A stretch of DNA of 64,000 bases, taken from Octopus sinensis (taxonomy: Eukaryota). The stretch covers positions 31,682,001 to 31,746,000 of the forward strand of contig NC_043002.1 in the NCBI RefSeq assembly GCF_006345805.1, written 5' to 3'. A program made the position numbers and the translations under genes. Below are positions 53,936 through 64,000 of the stretch, one piece after another. The notes below the pieces were generated by a model. That model was given only the letters and a program-made list of their open reading frames with translations, was not told the origin of the DNA and made no database searches. The stretch's first letter is position 1; each line of letters opens with the position of its first letter.

Positions 53936-53940
<5 letters not shown>
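53510..53940 (-). mobile_element. Helitron-like non-autonomous repeat
   Basis: Starts atatataaaatccgttc(tg)n...ctcaaatttg; homologue at 35444; 3' boundary uncertain. Confidence 0.5.
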
Positions 53941-53981
<41 letters not shown>

Positions 53982-54099
53982 TCACTTATAAAATACGCTT
54001 TAATTAAAATAATGTTTTCCTAAAATTATGCATATATAATATAATAAATGTGAATGTCAATGTGTCACACTTTTTGAAATTTAATAAATTCTATCTACT

Positions 54100-54489
54100 G
54101 GAAGCACAAGGCCTCAGATTTTGGGGAGCGGGATCTAATCGATTACATTGAACCCAGTACGTAACTAGTACTAATTTTATCGACACCGAAAAGATGAAAG
54201 GCAAAGTCGACCTCGGCGGAATTTGGACTTAGAACATAAAGACAGACGAAATACCTATTTCTTTACTACCCACAAGCGGCTAAACACAGAGAGGACAAAC
54301 AAGGACAGACGAACGGATTAAGTCGATTACATTGAGTACCCCAATCCGTAACTGGTACTTATTTAATCGACCCCAAAAGGATGAAAGGCAAAGTTGACCT
54401 CGGCGGAATTTGAACTCAGAAGGTAACGGCAGATGAAATACGGCTACGCATTTCGCCCGGCGTGATAACGTTTTGGCCAGCTCGCCGCC
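54100..54489 (-). mobile_element. Dimeric SINE D
   Basis: Full monomer 54254-54489 followed by a 5'-truncated second monomer. Confidence 0.85.
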
Positions 54490-54595
54490 TTCTGGTCGGC
54501 TAAATGACAACCTTTTACTGTTTGTTCCAAATTCTAACATATATAGATAATCCTCTATTTATGTAATATCGAGTTATCTTCCTTTTGTTGCTACT

Positions 54596-54596
<1 letters not shown>

Positions 54597-54649
<53 letters not shown>

Positions 54650-54678
54650 TAGTATTATTATTATTATTATTATTATTG

Positions 54679-54757
<79 letters not shown>

Positions 54758-54768
54758 TATTATTATAT
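54597..54768. repeat. Compound (TAA)n(TTA)n(TCA)n microsatellite
   Basis: Directly visible. Confidence 0.95.
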
Positions 54769-54806
54769 AACTATATATATGTGTGCATATATATGGATAT
54801 AGGTAA

Positions 54807-54852
<46 letters not shown>

Positions 54853-54972
54853 TTGAGGCATTTCCAGCATTATTTTTATATCTCAATTTTAATTTGGAAT
54901 TTAACTAAGGCAGCGTTTTTGCTGGACTTTTTTAATAAGGTGTATTATTTCATTATAGGTAAAACTTCACAA

Positions 54973-55356
54973 GGCAGTGAGCTGTCAGAAACTTTCGCTC
55001 GCCGGGCAAAATGCTTACGGTATTTCATCCACGGCTGCGTTCTGCGTTCAAATTCCGCCGAGGTCAAGTTTGCCTTTTATCCTATCGGGGTCGATAAATT
55101 AAGTACCAGTTACGCACTGGGGTCGATGTAATCGAATTAATCCGTTTGTTTGTCCTTGTTTGTCCCCTCTGTGTTTAGCCCCTTGCGGGTAGTAAAAAAA
55201 TAGGTGTTTCATCCGTCTTAACCTTCTGAGTTCAAATTCACCTTTGACCCCTTTGGAGTCGATAAAATAAGAACCAGTTAACTGCTGAGCAAGATGTTAT
55301 CTGCTATAACTCTATACCAAAGTTACTGTCCTTGTACCAAAATTTTAATCCAATAT
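54973..55356 (+). mobile_element. Dimeric SINE D
   Basis: Same monomer junction (aaataggt.tttc.tc.gtctt) as 54100-54489. Confidence 0.8.
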
Positions 55357-55584
55357 TAAGTGTTTCAGGTTTATTTTGCCGAAGAATATTTGAATATTAC
55401 AGCATTACAATTACGTTTTGTCTTTCGCCATGTGCTGATGTGTCTTGTATATTTTACAAGATACACATTAAACCATACTGTAATAAATTATATGAATGAC
55501 ATCTTATACTCAAACGATAGATATCTATGTAACGCATGAAATTATATATGAGATTACATGTATAGCAATGTATAACGATATGTA

Positions 55585-56135
55585 TTAGGTTGCCCGGAAA
55601 GTTCGTGCCGATTTATAGTAGCCTACCTTTCGACTTATTTTAGAACATGGTTGAGTCCATAAAATAGGATTTTACTACACCGCCATTTAGAGCACAGTTT
55701 AAGATGTCTTTTCGTGGAAGAAGGATTATGTTTCTATAATCTGTGTTAATTGTGTAACCCTTTAAATTGGAAGATAAGAAAGTTCATTTTCGGTACTTGA
55801 TACTTTGGGAACCAGACAAAAATTGCTGCAGCTCGCCTGCAATGTGTTACCCTACCCTCCATATTCACCAGATATTGCTCCTTCGGATTTCCACTTATTC
55901 TGGTCTCTACAGAATAGTCTTAATGGTAAAAATGTCCATACCTCGGATGACGTAAAAAGATACCTTGATGAATTCTTTGCCATGAAACCACCTCAATTCT
56001 TGGAAGAGGGTATTTTCAAGTTAAAGGGAAGATGGAGACGCATTGTGCAGCAAAATGGTTCAAAATGTAATGGCAAATATTTATTAACCTTTTTCCTTTC
56101 TTTAAAAATCGGCACGAACTTTCCGGACAACCCAA
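55585..56135 (+). mobile_element. Internally deleted mariner element
   Basis: TA TSD; TIRs ttaggttgcccggaaagttcgtgccgattt / aaatcggcacgaactttccggacaacccaa; EDKKVHFRYLILWE fused to YPPYSPDIAPSDFHLF...RWRRIVQQNG. Confidence 0.92.
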
Positions 56136-56376
56136 TACTTAATCAAATGTGTGTGTGTCTGTGTGAGCGTAAGTATGAAGACAAAGAGAGGAGAAAACAG
56201 AGAGAAGGAAAGGAGGAAAGTCTATGTGCATATATGTTTTAATTAGATCTATACCGAAATTGGTATTTGTACACTATTACAAAGCATTATTAGCTGCATA
56301 ATTTAATTATTTAACAATTGCATACATACATACATACATACATACATACATACATACATACATACATACATACATA

Positions 56377-56407
<31 letters not shown>

Positions 56408-56725
56408 CATACATTCATACATGTCTATGCGCACACACACTGACCCACACACACGCAAAAACAAACAAATGGAATGCAGCTCGGATAACGAACAGAGTCA
56501 ACAACTATTAAAAAGGTTGCAAGACGCAACTAAAATTTTAGGAAAAAGAAATAAGTAAATGGCTGGAAACTTTACTGGTGTATTAAATAATAAGGTACTA
56601 AAAGAGAATGACGTTCGCCAGACACAACAAAATATGCTTCAACACACGAACTCACATAAAGTATCTTGCAAACCAAATCCCAAAACGAAGTGTGTGTGTG
56701 TGTATTTACATGCATATATATATAC

Positions 56726-56812
<87 letters not shown>

Positions 56813-57007
56813 TGTGTGTGTGTGTATGTGTGTGTGTGTGTGTGTGCGCGTGTGTGTATGTATGTATGTTTACATTCTTTTTCGTTCAGGGTAAGGCTAT
56901 AAGAGAACTCCAGGTCAAGCTGTTATGGAGTTACTAAGGTAGTTAAACACAAATTAAGCTTGATATATATATATATTTATCTGGAGCACGTAAAATGTTG
57001 AGTAATT

Positions 57008-57352
57008 GTGGTTGTGTGGTATGAAACTTGCTTCCAAACCACAAGGTTCCAGGTTCAGTTCCACTGCATGGCAACTTGGCCAAGTGTATTCTGCTATAGC
57101 TTCGAGCCGACCAAGACCTTCTGAGTGGATATGGTAGATAGAAACCGGAAGAATCCTGTCATATATATATATATATATGGGGGGGGGGGATTTGTATAGG
57201 AATATATATTTGTGTATGTATGTTCGTCTCCCATCTCCATAACCTAGCAGTTTGTCACAAGAGAACGATAGGCTTTAGAAATAAATATGTATTAAGGGCC
57301 CATTCATTCAACTAAAAATCCTTCCTTCAAGGCGGTGCTCCAGTATAGTCAC
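57008..57352 (+). mobile_element. SINE family A, diverged
   Basis: gtggttgtgtggta...ggttcagttccactgcatggc...aaggcggtgctccagtat. Confidence 0.7.
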
Positions 57353-57582
57353 ATAAAATATGAATATATTAAATATGTTATCTCGACAGCTACTTCAGGA
57401 AGCAACGTTTTACTTCATATTCATAATTTGTGGATGAAGCAGGGACATGAAAATATTATCGTTCTTCTTTCAAAAAGGGACTAGTAAATGTATTACATAA
57501 CAAGTTTCACACAGCTATGGAAATATTAATATACTTGTGCATGAATTGATACCAAGCCATGGCCCTGAAGCCCTGCACTCAC

Positions 57583-57771
57583 AATCTCGGGCACTGGGTG
57601 GACGGATAATGAACCCGCGTGCGAGAAATTCAAAGAGGGAATGCGAATATGTAGGACAGGACGGAGAGGATCCTTATAAAATATATGGCCACAGCATGGT
57701 TGAGTTTGAGTCTCTCGATTCAATGAAAGAACATCAGTTACATAATCATTTCCTCCAGCATACAACTGTTT
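57583..57771 (-). other. Candidate 189-nt internal exon (phase 0-0, open frame)
   Basis: Acceptor ctttctattgcag|, donor |gtgagt; KQLYAGGNDYVTDVLSLNRETQTQPCCGHIFYKDPLRPVLHIRIPSLNFSHAGSLSVHPVPEI; no recognised homology. Confidence 0.3.
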
Positions 57772-58844
57772 CTGCAATAGAAAGTTTTTTTTCTCTAAAT
57801 GCCTTTGAAGAAGCTATAAGATATCGCACGGGCAATGCGTAATATTGAGCCAGCACTGAAAGTTACGCTGTTTCGTATACGAATGCTGCTATACAAACAG
57901 TGCGATAGAAGATAGAAAAATAGGCAATCGGTGTATATGCATATTTAGGAATTACGCAATTACTCACATTAATGTGTGTGTTCGTGTGTGTGTATGTGCG
58001 TGTGTGTACGCGCACACACATGTATTTACGTATTTTAGTCTATTCCTATAGCTAGCTTTTGTTTATGTTTCCGTGTTAGAAAGATTACTATATATAATTG
58101 ATGTTTTTCAAAAGCTTGCCTGTCAGTTTTATCAATATTTTACATATACTTCTGTCTTTGTTTACATTTTCTAAAGAAATAACCAGCTTCCCTTAATTAA
58201 TAGAGTTTTCCTTATTTTTATTTATTTTTTTATTGTGATAACCACATTTATTATCCCTTTTTATACTATTTACTAAAGTTATTCAATTCATTCCTTCTCT
58301 TCTTTTGTATGATATCTTTCCCCTTAATTCTTTAATCATCCCATTCAATATTTCCTTAACTTTACTTACTTTATAAACATTTTTAGCAAACTTTACTTTA
58401 AGATTCTATACCTTGAGCATTAGCAGTCCGTATGGAAAGCTTATATTTTCCTACTCAACTCTCATTTATTTCCTATTATCTTCCCTCCACTAAAATTCTT
58501 TCTAAAGTCTAAGATACTTTCCTAATACTTACGTTTTTCTTCTATAAATTTAAGCCGGTCATTAATTTTTTTTATGTAATTCTCTCTTCTTTGTTTCTTT
58601 AATCCGACGTAATTTCCCTTAAAAATTTGTCTTAGAAACAGCTAAATTTCATCCATTCTACCGTTTTATTTTCCTACTAACCAATTCTACCTTTTACTCA
58701 AATTTTTCAATCCCATTCTACGCATGTAATTCCAAAGGTTTCTACCCACCTTTTGTTTTTATTCATCAATATGTATTTCCATAAATATGAAATCAATATT
58801 TTTTACAAGCACCAAATCATTGAACATATACATATCTTTTCGAC

Positions 58845-59112
58845 CAGTGGTTGCCAAAACTTTTCAGGTTGCCGCCATGGCTACCGTTTTAGCTCCCCAT
58901 CCGCACTCACCATTACAAATATAGACCATTTTCTGCGGCAAATTCAGAGCAACTTTATTTCACAAATAAAACGTAACTTAAAGAACTCATTATTTTGGGC
59001 TTTTTTTTACATCAATGCACCCACCTTTTGGCCATCGCCTCAGTTATTCTCCGAACCCTTGATTTTTTCACTACCACCGAGGGAGCAGTAATACCCACTT
59101 TGGGAACCACTG
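58845..59112. mobile_element. hAT (Charlie/Buster-like) MITE
   Basis: TIRs cagtggttgccaaa / tttgggaaccactg; degenerate 8-bp TSD ttttcgac / ttttatac. Confidence 0.75.
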
Positions 59113-59950
59113 TTTTATACAACACCCGTCCATTAATTAATCTTCAGATTCTTTAAAATATGCTACGCCACTGGTTTTAATTGATTAATATCAATTTCTA
59201 CCCTTTATTCAATTTTAAATTTTAAAAATGTTCTCTAACGGGTAAATTGACTGCTGTAGTTTATTAACTGCAGAGTAGTTTCTAATCTCAGCGTGCCAAA
59301 GCAAAGGCATTTTGAAAGATACTCCTAAATATAAATTGTAGAACTTTATACATGCTGGATTTCGGTTGAGCGTTCTGTATCTAGTTTTGAAAATTGTGTT
59401 TTATAAACGACAGATTGTGCTGATATTCTTGCAGATGTTTGCGTGTCCACATACGTAAATATTAACAAGTGAAACCAATTGGTACATAGGTAATCGTTTT
59501 TTATTTCGTATATTTTCATGTGTCTTGCGTATTTTTACACTTTGGATTTTTGCTGAGATTTTTCTTGAGAACACATTCTTCGTGGTAAATGGCGATTTGA
59601 CGTCTATGTTTAGCATATAGGCTGTCCACTTTTAGTGGTCATTCCTCTAAATTTTATATGTCAAATAATTTTTAATCTTCGGATTAAAAATGCTAAGCCG
59701 CTGGTTTTAATTGATTAATATCAATTTCTACCTTTAATATATATATATATATATATATGTATGTATAAAATTACAAAGTGAGATAGGGGTTATGAGTGTA
59801 ACCCACAATGGGATATCATTTATCCAATATACTGCCAGTAAAGTACCCAGAGAGGCTAATGCATAAATGCTAAGAATTGCAATGCAATTAATTCATTTAT
59901 TGTATTATATGGGCGAAGGTAAAACGTTTTACCTCAAATTCATAATACAT

Positions 59951-60119
59951 AATAAGAAAATGGAGGAATAGATTTCTTTCAATTATTGATGTGTACTGTT
60001 TTATTCTGTATTATTCTGTTTGATCTGGATGTTCCTAAATAATTAGTTAATAAATTATATGAATTGGTATTATCTAGTAGTTGATGATTGAAAGAAATCT
60101 ATTCCTCCATTTTCTTATT
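59951..60119. repeat. Perfect 33-bp inverted repeat with 103-bp spacer
   Basis: aataagaaaatggaggaatagatttctttcaat / attgaaagaaatctattcctccattttcttatt. Confidence 0.85.
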
Positions 60120-60140
60120 TGTATATATATATATATATAT

Positions 60141-60183
<43 letters not shown>

Positions 60184-60185
60184 TA

Positions 60186-60440
60186 TTGCTTTGCGGGAGC
60201 AACTGCTGTATCGAAAGCGTATATTCTTTTTAAATGCTCGAAATAAGAGACTTGAAAACCAGCCAACAACTGATGAAGGCTCGTTTTTATGTTGTTTGTT
60301 TTGTCTTCCAGTTGTGTCTTTTGTTGTTCGAATGAATAGTTCATATACTTGTGCTTCGTATTTTTTTGTTGTACACGTTTTGTGACGTCCTGTGCCTACA
60401 TATGCATATATATGTGTATAGATGTATGTACATATACGTA
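60186..60440 (+). repeat. Copy of the 1380-1640 repeat
   Basis: ttgctttgcgggagcaactg...tcgaaagcgtatatt...aaatgctcgaaata...actgatgaag. Confidence 0.8.
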
Positions 60441-60586
60441 TGTATGCATATATGTATATATATATCATTTATATTATATATGTATATATATATGTATATA
60501 TGTGTGTGTGTAAATATATATGTATCTATGTGTATATATATATATATGTGTGTATATCCTTCTTCTTCTTCCCTACCAAGAATTCA

Positions 60587-60814
60587 CAACGACCTCGAAC
60601 CCACAAATGTGAACAAGAGAGACAGAGCAAGGCAGAAACAAGGAAAATGCCACTTATATTTGAATACTATACAAATATTCCTTTAAAAAAACATTTCTTT
60701 TAATTTTTCTAAATTTGATTATTTAATCGTTACAGTTGAAAAGGTCTCAAAATGACTGAAACTGGTACTGAAATGTTCTTTATAAAATAATTTTAGCATT
60801 TTCTATTTTGACTT
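60587..60814 (+). repeat. Second copy of the U3-A8 hammerhead repeat (motif 60728-60775)
   Basis: cgttacag TTGAAAA ggtc-tcaaaat-gact GAAA ctgg TA ctgaaatg. Confidence 0.75.
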
Positions 60815-61889
60815 ATGTTTTCACACATATATATATATATATATATAAAGACAGACTTCACTTTCCATATTCTAAAGGTGGTCGGGGCCTGGATATATAG
60901 TAGGAAAAACCCAAGTGCCGTGCGGTGGAGACAGGCTGGAATGCGCTTCGTTTCAAATCGAACTTCTTTATGATCTTCCTAAAATCTACCTAACCGTTCC
61001 TAGAATTTATCCGTGTTCTGTGTAGCATTAGCATAAAATTCTATTACTCATATAGTTTCCTCTTTGTCTTCCAAATTTAGGATTTCATATCCTAAACGTT
61101 GATTTCCAAAAGAATTAATTACCCACGTCTATAGTTATCCCGTTTATTTATAGGATCTGAAAACATTCCCCACGCAACATCTAACATATACGATTATTTT
61201 AGAGTTTCATTTGACTTGCCACCTGCTCAGTTGCAAGGTAGTAACGTAAAAGAGTTAGTTCTTTTTGTCATCTATCGTGGAATCGCTTATCCTTAAAATT
61301 TTACACAAACCTTGCAAATACTTATGTAGATCCAGGTAGCATGAGTCATTTGTGCTATATGACTTAAGGAAGCGTATTTGGACTCGTGAATAATGTATGT
61401 GTGTGTATGTGTGTGAGTGTGCTTACGCGAGTGTATATGAGATTATGTATGTGAATCTACACGTGATTTTCCTTTGAGATAAAACATGAATGGATGTAAA
61501 CTAAGGATAGAGAAAACATTGATGATGGTTTAAGTTTTCGGAAAAATTCAAGCTGTCTCTAACAAAGTGACAAGACGCTTTTCTTGACTTAAGTCAATAT
61601 CTGACATTTGCAAATACATTGAGTTAGTGCGTTGATATATACTGATGCAAACGCGGAATGAATATGAATGTACCTTTAGTACATGTGCGTTTCATTACTG
61701 TTTAAGTGTGTGTGTAGTATGTGTTATGTTATATACACTTGCGACTGTACGCATACTTTCATCTCAGAAAACTCTAATTAACAATCCTAGGGATTTTCAT
61801 AAGTCTTCTCTATAACATTAATGACGTGCATTTGGAGGATGCGAGTCAGTTTGGTTTTTCTGCCTTTTGTCATGGAGAGCGCTAACATT

Positions 61890-61968
<79 letters not shown>

Positions 61969-62415
61969 AATCTCTTGCTTTATATGTCCACTAATCCTAT
62001 GATATTTAACGTAAAGTAATATTATATAGCCAGCCCTTAATTTTTGTCCTGATATTCACATTTGCTAGGCAGTCGCCGTCTATAAAAGTACATGGAGACA
62101 TATTTCCTCTCCCATAGAACAATGTCAGACCTATTGAGTTTGCTCAGGATTGCTGTTTACACGAAAATGCTTCATTAGCATCATTTTTAAGCCGGAGTGC
62201 GTTTAATTGAGCATAAGGTCAATTCGTGTGACATATAGCACCGAAAATGGATAGGATGATATACAGTTGAAAGGAAAAGAAAAATAACAAAAACAAGATA
62301 AATAGATAATTAAAAGCCATCTGCGGGATCAGTTGTTTTGTTAGACGTAGCAACTAAATATCCCTCTAGTCCCATACTACAATCCTTTGAAAAATCGGCA
62401 GGATATATTAGATTA

Positions 62416-62580
62416 TATTGGTTTCAAATTTTGAAGCAAGGCCAGTAATATTGGCGATGAGGTGTAAGTCATTACATCAGGCCCAGTGCTCAGCTGGTAC
62501 TTATTTTATCGACTGCAAAAGAATGATAGGTAAAGTTGAACGCAGCGGAAGTCGAACTCAGAACGTGAAGACGGACGATA
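62416..62580 (-). mobile_element. SINE D second-monomer-type fragment
   Basis: tattggtttcaaatttt..caaggccag...ctggtacttattttatcgac...gaactcagaacgt. Confidence 0.65.
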
Positions 62581-63756
62581 TATTCGATTACATTGTCTTA
62601 TAATCATTATGTCTGAATACAGTAGGTTGTACACAGATTGTATTTATTCGTAATTCTGTGTGAGTAGACGCAATCTAAGAACAAGAACAAAAGTAACAGT
62701 GCAGGGTATCGTGTCTGAGTAATTTTCAGGCGCTCAGTGGGGAACACAATTCAATAGGCATTTCTCGAGAAGCAAAATCTTTGATATGCCGATGATAATT
62801 CCAGAGAGAGAAAAGAGAGGAGAGACGGATACGCAGTTAGACAGACAGGAAGACAGAGTGATACAGACAGGCAGACAGAGAAAGACAATCAATGTGACAG
62901 AATAGATAGACCGATAGACAGATAGTCATTGACTAGAGTGACAGACAGAAAGACAAAGAGGGAATATAGTGACGGACAATATTAGGCAGACAGGCAGAAA
63001 CAAAAAGATTTGTCACCCAGCTACTTAACACTGCAGAAACAATACATATGTGATGAGTTTAATGTTTTTACTCCTCTAACCACGACTTTACAGCTATAAG
63101 CTTAAATCTGAAATAAAAAATTCCCACATTCTGTGTCGGCAGTGTTTTACCCATTACTAAGTCCCTGTAGTATATTCCTTATATTTCCTATTCATTTGCA
63201 CGTCTCCTGTGCATTATTTGCCATACAGTCTTTGGCAGAATTTTGGCGGGCAAGAGAAAAACATTTCACGAAATAATTCGATTGTCCAGCTCTTCATTTA
63301 ACATTTGCTTCTGTAAGATGTAAACCTACATTGGTTTACCTTCAGAACGAAGCAGAAGAACTTAGAAATGGTGGAGACGATGGCAAGAGAAGAAGGAGGA
63401 AGAGGAGGAGAACGAGGCGAGGGCACATCCTGATAACATCATTTAGCAATAGCTTGCGTGATATGTTGTGTGGTTGAAGATTGATGGACGTCAACTAGGA
63501 GGAGGGCGAGGGTAAGAGGATGAGTGTTAAGGCTTTGGTGAGGTGTTTGGTCAGGGATTGGTTCGGACCATGATTTTAATAAAAGGGAGAATATTGGATT
63601 GGGAAATACAATTATAGTGCCACGTACTTGCAAACACGGCCGACATATTTCGTAGACAGCCTTGTGACTGCTTTTACATAAACAGATATATATAAATATA
63701 TAAGGGTATACATGCATACATGCATAAATACATATATGTGTATATTTATATATATA

Positions 63757-63907
<151 letters not shown>

Positions 63908-64000
63908 CGTGTGTGTATATATACGTTTGTGTTTGTGCGTGTGGGTGTATGCATATGTACGTATATATATGTGGGTATATATGTGTGTTTGCATATTTGT

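Overview
Very AT-rich, microsatellite-saturated eukaryotic DNA, intergenic or intronic. The SINE repertoire and repeat style suggest an octopus genome (inference, not verified). I found no recognisable intact host protein-coding gene; nearly all listed ORFs are translations of (TA)n/(CA)n/(TG)n repeats. The window is a mosaic of decayed mobile elements: a Penelope-like RT pseudogene (14.1-15.7 kb), three stacked R4/Dong-type RLE retrotransposon 3' fragments in (TTA)n arrays (41.3-43.4 kb), CR1/L2-group LINE 3' ends, several Tc1/mariner remnants and MITEs, a hAT MITE, Helitron-like elements, and about 25 tRNA-derived SINE copies built from shuffled head and tail modules. The most notable unexplained signal is more than a dozen minimal type I hammerhead-ribozyme (HHR) motifs, read by eye, in at least eight unrelated short repeat families. 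These include a SINE with a tRNA head and an HHR, a family with a compensatory U3-A8 core, and a cluster of six motifs in 32.1-34.1 kb. They co-occur with long fold-back palindromes (8.35, 10.8, 20.8, 32.1 kb). Together this suggests a set of non-autonomous, ribozyme-bearing retroelements mobilised by Penelope-like elements. A few weak minus-strand splice-site candidates may belong to a host transcript.
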